From the NCBI GenBank assembly GCA_038496445.1, contig JALMLS010000048.1, positions 38,769-102,768 on the forward strand: a stretch of DNA of 64,000 nucleotides, read 5' to 3'. Positions 1 to 12,216 of this stretch are shown here, one piece after another. Both the position numbers and the translations under genes were made by a program. Each line of letters opens with the position of its first letter. The first letter of the stretch is position 1. The DNA is from Trichosphaerium sp. ATCC 40318 (lineage: Eukaryota; Protista; Tubulinea). Under the pieces are notes generated by a model, which had not been told where the DNA came from, searched no databases, and saw only the letters and a program-made list of their open reading frames with translations.

Positions 1-608
1 TGTTTTTGTTCCTCAAGACGATGATATACTACAAGTTGAAGCACCTACAGGATACATGAGCAAAGGCTTTGATCACTTTTATAGCATTAACGTTACAACA
101 GGTACCTTACTTTTCTTTAAAGACAGTTTGTTCAGCCTGTTTAACATTGTCTAGGTGACTTGACTCCATTGCCAACTACAACAGGAGAAATTCCGTTCCC
201 ACTCGTATTTAGTACAGCTGATAGTACTCATGCCATGGGTGCATGGTCTCCAGGGTTACCTTCGCCAGGTACAAGCTAATAAATTTTTGCTCTTTAAATG
301 AACTAGAAAAGACTTACGATTTTTAAAGAGTATCCAAGCGCTGGTTACGGGAAATTTCATTTTCACTTCGCAAATGATCCGAACTCAACCAATAAATGGA
401 CTTTAGTACACAGGTATTGTAAAGGATACTGAAAAAAAAACGTGTTTCTTTACATAGGTTTTTTGAAGGTTTTTTTTTTGTTTATTTTATTACTAGAAAC
501 AAAAATGTTAAGGCAGGCACAACAATGCATTACAACGCTTATATATGTGTTGGTACTTTGCAACAGGTATCCACGTGTATGACTCGTGTACACTCTAAAT
601 TTGAATAA
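1..608 (+). CDS. 3' part of a spliced hypothetical protein (gene starts upstream of the window)
   Basis: GT-AG-bounded exons join to ...VFVPQDDDILQVEAPTGYMSKGFDHFYSINVTTGDLTPLPTTTGEIPFPLVFSTADSTHAMGAWSPGLPSP-EYPSAGYGKFHFHFANDPNSTNKWTLVHR-NKNVKAGTTMHYNAYICVGTLQQVSTCMTRVHSKFE*; stop TAA at 606-608. No family recognised. Confidence 0.65.
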
Positions 609-832
609 ACTGGTAAATAAGCCACAATATGTGTAGACTTAATTGAAAATTGGTAGCTTGTGAACCTTAACTTCACGAGATTGTTTAACAAGAAAATTAG
701 TATGTTAAAAGTGTAATGGATAATTTTCTTAGTAGTGCCAGCTTGTTCAACAATCCCATAAAGCTCCGCTCCTTTGAATCACAATCATTTAACACCGAGA
801 TTATATATACGTCACAACGCGGCAACTCAAAG

Positions 833-2259
833 ATGAAGGCAATAAAAGCGATTTGTATTCTATGGATTACAATATGTATCTACCAACAAACGTAAATATT
901 TACCTAACTAACCAATGTTAGTTCTAGGCATGTACCACGCTCAACCACCCATACCCGAAGCGTCTGGCTGCGATTGCGATTGTATGGCTTGTAGTGCTTG
1001 CGATTTTGAAAATGCTTGTATGACGGTGACCGCTACGAGTGGTGATGGTAAGTTCTTTTGCGTTTTTTGAGTTTCTTTTGAATGAACCGTTTTTCCCCAC
1101 GTGTTTGTAAAATACGTTACAATTACGTTATTGTGTCTTTGATTTTTCTCCTATTCTTCTAACCAATGTTGCTAGTGCTGCTGGACGGCATCGGTAATTG
1201 TGTGATAGTAGAATCAGCTGTAACCGGCGAGATTCGTGGAACACAAACCAATGATTGTATCCTTATACAAGGATCAGGGGCAGTCATTAATGAAATCAAT
1301 AGTAGAAATGGTGATGATTGTATTATTGTACGAGACGGAGCTACACTAGAAGGACGTATAAGTGGAGGTAAGCTTAGACATAAACTACTTAGTTTGACTT
1401 TGATAGGAAATGACAATGATTGTTTACGATTGACTCAAGTGACTACATCAGATATTGTAGGAGGTGCTGGAAATGATGATATTATAATAGAGGGAATTAC
1501 TGTGAACCCGAGGGTGGTTGAAAAACGAGCAGATGAGCAGACCCCGTAAGTACTACAATTCAATTTAAGTTGTAAAGTTATTGTTACTTAATGAAGTGAA
1601 AGGTCGAGCTTGAATGGGCAAGCTGGTGATGATTGTATTAGAGTAACTCCTTTTGATGGTGTTCAACCATTCATGGGAAACGTTTTAGGAGGCGGTGATA
1701 ATGATTGTATTGATGTTCAAACCAGTGACGTTCTCACTATTTCAGGTATTTGGAATTATACCTTTGCTTTGTTTAAGTCTAGCTTCTAACTGTTTTAAGG
1801 TGGTAATGGTAATGATGTTATGTATGCCAGATGTTCTGTTATGGTGAATATGAATGGAGCTGCTGGCAACGATGTAATGATTGTAGAAGAAGTGACAATA
1901 CGTACTCAATAGCTTCAGGCTGTCATTAAGACTTACTTTCCTTAGAACCATTCTCAACTGTTAGGAGTGCTGTCAATGGTGCTGACGGAGCTGATAGAAT
2001 TCTTGTTGAAAGCCTCACTCAAAACATGGTTATACCTAATGGAAGGATAGTTGGTGGTGGAGTTGACGATCCTAATGACAGGTACAACTAATTAAAATTT
2101 AGATACTGATTTTGACATTCGTTTAGTTGCTGTTCTCGTGTAGACCCTTCTGTTTTCGAAGTTGCCAATTGCGAAGATGAAACGTGTCCTCCTATCAGTG
2201 AATCAACGTGTCCTAGGCGTATTGGTGATTGTGTACCGTTTGTGTTTGATAGTAGCTAA
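833..2259 (+). CDS. Secreted Cys-rich protein with RTX/hemolysin-type Ca2+-binding-like Gly/Asp repeats (spliced)
   Basis: Hydrophobic N-terminus MKAIKAICILWITICIYQQ; a CDCDCMACSAC cluster; repeated GGxGND/GxxGDD units (GGAGNDDIII, GQAGDDCIRV, GGGDNDCIDV, GGNGNDVMYA, GAAGNDVMIV, GADGADRILV); Cys-rich C-terminus ending CVPFVFDSS*. Confidence 0.75.
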
Positions 2260-3069
2260 AAACAATAAATAATGCTAGGTATTTAAGCGATGAAACACTC
2301 GTGACAGTACAGCAAGCTAGTGAGTTCTGTGCATTTTGTGCCACATTGAGATTGTGATGCCTTTTACAAAGTTATGGCACTGAGTATTCGTTATTTGAAC
2401 AATCTACTGAAACTGTCTTTGTACTTCTCATTCATCCGAAGAATTGCATGGACGTGAGCTTACGGGCAGGTGGTGCTATGCATTCTGACATATAAACACT
2501 CTTTGGGTGCTTATCCAGGCTGGTTGTTAGCATGCAAAAAGAAAGAAAATAATTGGTGTTTCTTAGCTCCAACACGCAAATGAGCACAAGGCAAGGACCG
2601 AAACTTGGAGAATCCGGGTTACAGTAGGCAAGTGAACCACATATTGATAATATTGATTTACATCATTTTGTTATTTCGTCCATTTATTCCATATTTGTCC
2701 AAATGAGCAACCAAGAGATTTGTGTTGTTTGCAAATGACATTGTTTTGCAAAATTAATACGCGGTACCTGCATTGTCGTCGTTATGGCGTTCATCTATCT
2801 TGTTGAATATCTGAATAGCATTGGCTTGCTCATGGAAATATGCTGTTCCAACTGCAAATGCGCTGAACTCCTGTACAACACTATGTCCACGTGATGGAAA
2901 ATTACAAGTATGTTGGTCGCTTTTTTATGATCACGTGATTCTACACTAAACTATTAAACGTGGGATAATGTATTTGGTAATAAATAGCGAGCATGCGCCA
3001 GGAATAAAATAGCAATTTGGACTATTAGACCTCTCAACTTAATTTGTTTTTTTTCAGTCTGGTTACATT

Positions 3070-6000
3070 ATGAGAGGTCGAGGGCGTGGCGGTCGCCGTA
3101 AAATGCCCCGATGGATGCTAGCCAAGAGGTACAGCGAAGCGAAAAAAGCAAAAGCGAAAGAATTAGATAAAATGAACGAATTACAAGTCGTTATACAAGG
3201 AAGTGGGTCTACAGTCCATTTAGACTTCCAATTGACAGGGCCGCAAACAGCAACTTGCTCGAAATTCAAGAATACCACTATTGAGCAAGAATTCAGGCGT
3301 ATTAGAGGTTACTCTTATGGTATTCTAAGAAGTTTGATTTTAAATAACGTTCCCGCCTAACAATTCGTGTAGATAACGCAACCAAATGCTTCTCTATACC
3401 TTTAGACAGTACAAGAATTTGCTTAACGCTTTAGATAATCCTTTTGTTTTAACGTTTATTATTAGGCTTAAAAGACCTTGAAAACGCATTGTCAACGCGT
3501 AATGACCTTCCCACAATTAAATTGAACCCTCCTCCTAAACTTGTTATCAATTTGGTTAAGAAATGGCAAAAACACAGGTACTCTACACTGTCTACGTTCT
3601 AAAGCTGTGGAATGAAAGTTGTTTCTGACATCTGTCAACAGGGCAACACATCAAGCAATAGACTTTACTAAAATACCGTCTAATCTCCTTTGTTCTCTAC
3701 TGCCATTCCAAATGCGAGGCGTAACGTACGTATATTTTTGTTCAGTTTTTGTGAGGAAACCACAAAAACCAGCGCTTCAGGTCATCTTCTGACTTATCCT
3801 TCTTATTAATAATAACGCACTAGTTTTGCCATTCAGAATAATGGTTCTGTCCTTTTGTTCGGTACGTCAGCAATGAAAAAAAAAGGAATTGAGACTACTT
3901 TTTATTCAAACGTAAATGCAGTGCCTTTGTTCATTTGTGGGTTTAGACGAGATGGGTCTTGGTAAAACAATACAAGCTATCGCTATATCATCAAACTATG
4001 AAGAAGATTGGCCAGTTCTTACTATAGTACCTTCAGCACTTAAAGATCAATGGGAAGCACAGTTTCGAAGGTAAAGTTATTCTCTACAATTTTTCTGATT
4101 GTTCATAAAAGGTGGTTGCCTGACATGACGAGAGGTTATAGTAGTATTTGTATTATCAGATCTGGGAAAGATAATATACCTAGAAATTCTAAAATATATA
4201 TTGTCAGCTTTGACATGGTCAGTAGGATAAAGGCTAAGCTTGATGAACTTGGTTCGTTTTTTTTCCTTTTATTTTTTTTTCTTTTTTGCAATCACTCTTG
4301 TTTATTCCTTTCTGCCTTTCTTTCTTCGTCATTATTAAATATAACATCGATTGTTTTTTTATTGTTAACTTACTTTTAGATTGTGGTGTTGTTATTGTAG
4401 ACGAATCACACTACATCAAGAACTTGAAGGCACTACGTACAAAGGCTATTGTTCCTTTGATTAAAAAAGCAAAGAGGCAATTATTACTAACTGGAACACC
4501 AACTTTATCTCGCCCAGCTGAATTATATGCGCAATTACAAGCCATAGGTAAGTTTCATTGCTTGAAGAACCCGTTTTGAGGATTCGTTGTTTGTAAAACA
4601 AGTCATACTTTACCCTTACAGAGTCTAGGCATGCCAATTTTTCCATCTTTCAAACAGTTTTCTTTACGCTATTGTAAAGCGTTTATGGGTCCTCATGGAT
4701 GGGATACAAATGGTGCTTGCAATCTACAAGGTAATTAAATTAAAATAACATACTTTTGTTAATTGTGAGAGTTCTAGAGTTACATGCAGTTCTTCGTGCA
4801 ACGTTGATGGTCAGGAGAGCAAAAGAAGATGTTATTGAAGATATGCCAGATAAGATAAGGCATACAGCTCTTATAGATCTAGATTGTAGATATGCTGTAA
4901 GTGTTTTTTTGTATAGTCACGTGACATTGTTCTAAAAATAGAATAAAACATAGGGCGATCTTGCAAAAGCTATGAGAAGGTTTAAAGAGAGTACAGCAAA
5001 GAGAAGGACTACACCTACTTTTGATGATGAGGATCTTCAAGATGGTTCTAATGCTAAGGTTTATATGATGTCTGGTTTAGCAAAAGTGGATGGAGCTGTT
5101 TTGTATATTGAAAAAGTTCTTGCAGACAACCCTGAAGATCAAATAATAGTGCGCTTTGTTCTTGATAGTTTGAAGTATTTTGCTTGTGTTGGCGTCATGT
5201 TGGATTGTTAGTTAACTGGTTTTGTGTATTAGGTTTTCGCACATCATACAGAGGTTCTGGATACAATAGCTAGAAGTTTTGAAGAAAATAACACGCAGTT
5301 TATTCAAATTGATGGAAGGTAAGACCAAGTTTGAGGGTTTAGAACTGTTCTTTTTTTGAAGCTGATTTAAAAAACTTAGAGTGACAGCTAAAGTACGACC
5401 TGGATTGGTGAAAGTACGTTATATATTCCGTAAAAATCTCCATTATTGTCTTCAGTTAACAAAACGTTTTTAGAGATATCAAACATATAAAAAGTTTCGT
5501 GTTGCTTTGATGAGTATTACTGCAGCATCTACTGGCATCAACTGCAAGTTTTAACAGTGAATTATTATGTTGCTGTAAAAATTTTAATCATGGTTTTCCT
5601 AGCAGCTGTGATGATTTTTTTTTCTAGACATTTTGACATTAAGTAAATTTTTATTAAAAAGCCGTTCTAACCTTTATTCAGTGCAGGTAGCATCCCATGT
5701 AATATTTGTCGAGTTGTATTGGAATCCAGGACAGCTTATACAAGCGGAGGATAGAGCATATCGTATAGGAACAAAGCATACCGTCCACTGTCATTACCTC
5801 ATGGCGAAGGTTTTGAACATTTTTTGAGCATGTAGGCTTACTTATATTTAAGGGCTCTATTGATGATCTTATTTGGCCTATGGTAGAAAACAAGCTTGGT
5901 GTAATCACACGAACGCTTAACGGGGTTGATCAGCGCATGAGAGTTCGTGATCGAACTGATATGAGAGGTGGAAGTAATATCCTTGAAGTGTTGACAAGTG

Positions 6001-7076
6001 GTGATCCTCCACCTGACTTGGTATTGTTTTTCTTGTTTTACTAGAAGACTTACTCCTTTTTTTTTTGTACACAGAATGATCCTATTGAAGAAGATTCAGG
6101 TAGAAAGAAAAAGAATACACGTAAACGTAAACTACAGACGACTAATGGAAAAACTGCACAAAAGAAAAAGAAGAAAGTTACAAAAAAGAAACCTGTTAAG
6201 AAACTGAAAGAAAACAAAGCGCCAAGAAACACTACACTCGTTTCAGATGATGAACCAGATAGTGATGTTATTATATTGAATCAGTCTTATGAACGTATGG
6301 ATATAGATAACGATGGTACGACATAAACTCAAGGAGGGAACAAACAATTTTTGTTTAACGTTTGATTTAGACTCAAATTCAGAAGACGATTTTGTGTTGT
6401 TCTACAAAGCCAAAAAACCAAAAAGAGTACAGAAAACGCAGAAAACCAAACCTAAAAACAATGTTAAGAAACCATCTGTGAAAAAAAATACTAAGGTGGT
6501 ACAAAAACCTCGTGTCCTGCAAAAAAAGCCTCAAACACAAACTCAGATAACAAAAACTTTTAATCACGTGGCCGTTGATGATGATGACGACGATGATAAT
6601 TTTTCTCTTGTCCCACGTAGTCATACTACTCAAAAGCCGGCACAAAAGCAACAAAAATTCAAAAGGAATGTTGTACAATTAAGTACTAGACCCAAGCCAC
6701 GTTCCTCAAGATTTCTTATTGATGATTTATCTGAAGAAGATTCTATTGAGTCTTTTGAAGATACTTCAAAGGGTGAGCTCTTTTTTGTTTCAAGCAATTC
6801 TCTTCTTATGAACTGTGTTTGAAATCAAGCATTATTTTTAGACCTAATTCGGTTTTTATCTCTTTTGTTAATACTGTTTTGCTATCTTTGTTTCCGCTTT
6901 TTTTCTCCTTTTTTATCTTCTTTGACTTTTTAGTTTCATTTGCTTACTGCTCTTTTTAAGGGAATTCTTTCCATCCTAGAATGCTCACCATAACAGATAT
7001 GTTCAAAAACAAGAAAAAACAACAACTGGAAAACACAAGGAAGAGTGGGAGAAGACCCACTTTAGATTTCGTGTAG
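3070..7076 (+). CDS. SNF2-family ATPase, SMARCAL1/ZRANB3-like annealing helicase (multi-exon)
   Basis: Motifs [86 protein letters not shown]; HARP-like segment near the N-terminus; long Lys/acidic low-complexity C-terminus. The last exon boundary is approximate. Confidence 0.88.
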
Positions 7077-7379
7077 TTTCAAAAACAAAATGTATAGAAT
7101 GTACCATAAAGCACAAAACCAAGCTAGGGTTACTAGTAATGTCCTTGCTGTTTATGTGAAACCGTTTACGAGCTAAGTGAGTTCCTGCTACTAACGTTAA
7201 TAGAATATCGCCCAACTTGCTGAGTATTATCTTTGAGCAACCACTACATTAAGGTGTCTCGCTACAAACTATAAGTACAGCGTATTAAAATAATTTTTGG
7301 TAGGTGCTTCTTATTGACGAAAAGACATAATCCTATCTGCTTTATTGTGACATACTACAAGAATTCGCGCCAGATGCGT

Positions 7380-8726
7380 TTATTTTTTATTGTGATGCCT
7401 CACATTCACAAAATCAACGTGTATTAATTTTTTTTCAATGCACGCAACAATTTTTTCTGGCGTTGTATCAAAGTGAACGGAATTTCCTGGGATAGAACCT
7501 TGGTCATTCCATGGATCCGATAACCCAAAAATATAGACCTTACCTCTTGAAGAACCATAAACAAGCTTTAAAGCATCTATATCAACAGTCTGATTGAAAC
7601 CACAAAATCTTTTAAATATTTGTTTAAAGTATGGTTTTTCTGGGCTTCTAATGTCAACTATGCTCAACTGTGTGCTGGTACTTCCACCAATAGTATTATT
7701 TATCAACGTACTAACATTTGATAAATCTTGAATCACAATAACTGGTTTGGGACCTGACCTTTCATCCCATACTTTTGTTGTTGTGTGGTTTGAAGATAGT
7801 ACAAGATTTCCACTAATTGATTTACGAACTGAATAGACACCAGTATCATGGCCTGAGAATTTTGTTCTTATCTTCTCTTGACTAACATCATATATCATCA
7901 CATTCTCGTATGTGCATTCCGTAAATACATAATCAGAAAGTCCAAACGCAATAGAATTCTCATCAACAAAACACATTCCACATGGGTATCGTCCTAGTCT
8001 CCTCCCCACCTTACCGTAGGATGTAACTGTATGACTCCTATTCCAAGTAATTATTCCATCAGTTACACCTACAGCTATGGAATTTTTACTGATTGCACAT
8101 GTTTTGGCTATTGAGAGTTTGGGATGAGTCAGCTTTGTAGTCCTTGTATTTTCTTGAAACATCAAGAAACCATCTTTACTTGATGTTTTGCATCCACAAA
8201 CAAGAATGCGGTTATTATTTTCTGGATCTATTCTAAGGTCACCTATCCAACCGCGTTTTAGCTTCAAACGCTCAATTTTGAATGTCGTTGAGGTTTGATT
8301 TCTGAAAGTTCTGCGTTTAATTTTAAATGTCGTTGTGGTTTGATTTCTGAAAGTGTGATTTCTGAAAGTTCTGTGTTTAATTTTAATTATTTTTTTGGTT
8401 CTTTCTTTCCATGATTCTTGCTGTTTTATGACAAAACGTGATTGTTTGTACACCCATAAAGGCGTTGGGAAGGTTTTAGCGTACATACAGCTCCAAACAA
8501 AGTCTGTACTACAGATGTCGTTCATGCTTAGGCAAGCTGTTGACAGCGCCAGAATATCTCCGTACGCCACGTGCGATAATATCTCAAAAAGCGTTTCCGT
8601 TGGCAAGTGTAATAGATGGAGCTCATCGCTATCCTGAAAACATGACTGACTCGTTGATGTGTAGCTCATTTGGTAAGAAGAATTGCCGAAGTAAGTTGAC
8701 CAGCTGTGAATTTTTACCGCGAACAT
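7380..8726 (-). CDS. F-box and WD40-repeat protein (intronless)
   Basis: F-box LLHLPTETLFEILSHVAYGDILALSTACLSMNDIC...W; WD-like FSGHDTGVYSV...TTKVWD; 448-aa uninterrupted ORF. Confidence 0.85.
   Translation of the reverse strand: MFAVKIHSWSTYFGNSSYQMSYTSTSQSCFQDSDELHLLHLPTETLFEILSHVAYGDILALSTACLSMNDICSTDFVWSCMYAKTFPTPLWVYKQSRFVIKQQESWKERTKKIIKIKHRTFRNHTFRNQTTTTFKIKRRTFRNQTSTTFKIERLKLKRGWIGDLRIDPENNNRILVCGCKTSSKDGFLMFQENTRTTKLTHPKLSIAKTCAISKNSIAVGVTDGIITWNRSHTVTSYGKVGRRLGRYPCGMCFVDENSIAFGLSDYVFTECTYENVMIYDVSQEKIRTKFSGHDTGVYSVRKSISGNLVLSSNHTTTKVWDERSGPKPVIVIQDLSNVSTLINNTIGGSTSTQLSIVDIRSPEKPYFKQIFKRFCGFNQTVDIDALKLVYGSSRGKVYIFGLSDPWNDQGSIPGNSVHFDTTPEKIVACIEKKLIHVDFVNVRHHNKK
8280..8385. repeat. 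Imperfect in-frame tandem duplication inside the F-box/WD40 gene
   Basis: Repeated gtttgatttctgaaagttctg unit, encoding HRTFRNHTFRNQTTTTFKIKRRTFRNQTSTTFKI. Confidence 0.7.
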
Positions 8727-8857
8727 AATGGTTAAGCAGACCGTTTACGCGCCTATAAGTTATTTATAACTTGAAACCGCTTTGTTAACATTCTTTACAT
8801 TCCAAAGGCAACCAAAAACATCATTGATTTAGTACAGGGCTAGAACATGCTCCAAAT

Positions 8858-11800
8858 TTATTTGGTAGGTGAACTTGTCATCCAAAATTCTAGCAGAGTT
8901 TTGCCATGTATGTCTGAATGTTTAATAAACGGATTGGACATATTTAATGGCTCCCCATTTATCATCAATTTTTCTACATAAACATTCGACTCTGAGACAT
9001 TATGTGCAATAACGACCTAACAGTGAAATCATTTGGTTTTTTTTTTGTTATAAATGCAGTTTAGTCTTTATGACGTACTAAATCACCATCATCGCGGTTT
9101 ATAGTCAAACTTGAGAACAAGGGAGATCCGATCATATATCTATCTGAACCAGAAAGCGGATAAAATCCAAGAGCACCAAAAACATACCAAGCCGACATTG
9201 TACCTTTTTAAGTTTCAGTTTTTTTTTTCTTATTTAATTCTTTAAAAACAATGTACCATAGTCATCATTACCAGGTAGACCATCAGGCCCAACGCCTAGT
9301 TCCAATTATTCTATCAAATTGTTTTACAGGTTATCTTTACTTACCGTATTGTTCCTTCATGTTGTACTTAACCCACTTCTGTGTTAAGTCTGGTCTTCCA
9401 GCGAAATCAAATAAGTATGCAGCAAGCAAATCTTCCTCATTACCAGCCCAGTAATATGGGTTAGGCAAAGCATTAGGGAAGTACTCAGCACGCGAGAAAA
9501 ATATATCAAGTTGCTCAACGAAGTACTCTTGGCTTCCAAAAAGCTTGATAAGTCCAGGAACATCTCCAGGAACAAACCTAATAAATAGTGTTAAATTCTA
9601 AGCAAAAAAAAAAAAAGAAGAAAATGCTACGACTTTGTTAGTGCAAAACTCGTACCATCTGTAGTGCCAAGCGTCACCTTCAACATATCGTTCATCGAAT
9701 ACGTCGATCCAAGTTAGTGGGCATTCCCATTTTCCTTCTGAAGTCTTAGGACAGAAAAACTTATACTCTTTGTTCCAAACGTTCTAAATCACGTGGTCAG
9801 AAAAAAGATTTTAACAAGAATTCAGTTTGAATTTGGATTACCATGTAATTCTTTGATGAGTTTCTGAACATTTCAGCATCAGTCGTGTGATTAAGGTACT
9901 CAGCTATAGTAGATAACGCCCAGTCGTCATCTAAGGTAATAAAACATCAGCGAGTTTTTTTTTAAAGCGTAAACTTTCGGTTGTACAAGAGTAATCTTGA
10001 GTCAATACAGCTCCGTGTTTATCTTTTTCAAATGGGATGTAGCCGATAGTATGCCAATCTTGAGTGTCTGTACGACCATTGTGCCCCTGAGGGTATAACG
10101 ATCCATTCTTTAATCCTTGATAAACCATCTCCAAATCGAAATCAATGAATCCTTAACAACAGTCAGAGCTTCACGAATACATTAAGACCAAATTATGTAT
10201 TCACAAAACTATTCACCTTTGGCTATAGCATCAGCAATAATAACACTACGCAGAAAAAGTTAGAATAAATCCAAAAAAAGTACATCAAAAAAAATTTTAA
10301 AAAAGTAGGCATTTGATACGTGCGTTGTGTGCTGGCCTTCCATACAATCTGTATATCCTACACAAAGTATGTCCGTTAATCAGATTTGACTACGTTTATT
10401 GGTTGTACCATTGGCAAGCGGCCATCGCGGGAAATCTCCGCCTTGCTCATACATTAGGATTAATGATTTTACAATATCGTTAAATCTATCCGGTTGTATT
10501 ATTGCCAACCAGGGGAACTCTGTTCTATGTACATCCCATATACTCATATCGCTGTAAAAACCTTTCTGATTTCCTTCAAGAGAATGCACCTTGTCATCAA
10601 AACCCATATATTCGCCACCTGATTGCAGCATAAAAAACTATTATTTTAAGGTGCTGCTATACCTGGTTCACTAAATACTGTTGGCGCCATTAGAGTGTGG
10701 TAGTAAGCGGTATAAAACTTTATACGATCTTCGTCAGTCCCACCAACAACTTGGATACGATCAAGCTCTGTTTGCCAAACATTCTATTTAACAAGTATCA
10801 GATAAGAAAATTTGCTTTTTCTATCAATTAGAAACTTACTGTTGTTTCTGCTAGGACGGTATCAAAGTCTCCTCCTTTTACCTCACTAACAATGTTACTC
10901 CTCGCGTGATCGATACTTATCGAAGAAATTCCAACGATCATTTCTAACACAGTATTAATCATAACGAAGTTCGTTAGGTAGCACCGATATTGTTCACTGA
11001 ATTCTTATCAAAAACTATAAATCCTCCAATATCTTTACCGCGAGCAGACGCATCCGCTGTAATTTTATCATCATTCCATACACCAGAACTAGAAAATATG
11101 CCAGTTTTGAATTGAGCAACAAAGTATGAGTTGTATCCTCCAAAACGACCTGATAAACTTCCCTTTTGGTATAAAAAGTTAGCATAGTTCAACGTTTCTG
11201 GTCCATACCATATTTCTAACCCAACCGCTCACTTCTTGCTTACTTTGATCTATAAATATCGACGCATTTCCACAACCTCCTTCTTCCAAAGTATGACTAG
11301 TCAGAACGTCAAATAGACGTTAAAAAAGTCTTTTTTGACACTTGCCTAATATCGAAAAGGATAACTTTTTCCTTGTTGTCAACGAAATTATATCGATGCA
11401 CTCCAACATGCTCAGTAGCAGTTAACTCAACTTGAATATTGTATCTTTCTAGAGAAACACTATAATACCTAACACCAGCTTAACATTCTCACTACACCCA
11501 GAAGTATGACTTACCCTGGCTTTGCCACTTCAGTTTTATGCGAATACTTTGAATAAAATCCGTAGTCCTTAACATCACTTGACGTAGGCACGCGATCAAT
11601 AGGCATAACGCCAATAGTACCTGTTAAAGAAGAAAAAGATTACACAAAGAAAAGTTGTCCACATTTTTTACAAAAAGCTTACCGTAGTCTAATGCTCCTG
11701 AACCAACCATGTGCGTATGAGAAAAAACACGAATGTATTCATCTGTATTTGGGTTTTAAGAACTTATGTTTGTTGTGTGGGCTCTGTACCGTCGTAGTAG

Positions 11801-12072
11801 TAGCCTCCAAAGTGATTAAACGGTAAGAATATATTATCATACGCTACAGTGTCAGGACCAACACGTGCTAATCCAAAAGGCCTTTGAGCGCCAGGAGGAG
11901 TGCTTCCGATTCTAAAAAGCGCAAATAAACACGTGAATATGGAAGTATAAGGAAAGTACCCATAACCAGTACCACCGCTGCCAATATGTGGGTCCACGTG
12001 GTCGTAATTAGATGCGCAAATGCCAAGTACAAATACAAGTAATGAAAGGCAGATAAGCTTGTATATTGACAT
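8858..12072 (-). CDS. Secreted GH92 alpha-1,2-mannosidase (multi-exon)
   Basis: Signal peptide MSIYKLICLSLLVFVLGICAS; VDPHIGSGG, PGAQRPFGLARVGPDT, FSHTHMVGSG, FYTAYYHTLMAPTVF, YSDMSIWDVHRT, YVEGDAWHY, YWAGNEEDL, GLPGNDDYGTMSAWYVFGALGFYP. Confidence 0.92.
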
Positions 12073-12216
12073 CTTTTCTGAGCTTTCGGTCAAAACTGTG
12101 GTCAACGTCACACTCTGACATTTTGTTTTACATTGTGCTTACATTGCCTGTGTTAGGTAATCTTTTTAAATAGAATTTATGAGGTTTATTGGTTATTTGA
12201 ACCGTTGAGGTGATAG

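Noticed and set aside
2300-2900. Possible minus-strand gene (EFSAFAVGTAYFHEQANAIQIFNKIDERHNDDNA and Cys-rich pieces)
   Set aside because: Could not assemble a stop-free spliced model; at best a degraded remnant.
5976-5990. Other RTATCCTT matches as U12 donors (about 1257, 5977, 41704)
   Set aside because: They lie in open exonic frames or upstream of a start codon, without a matching branch point and acceptor.
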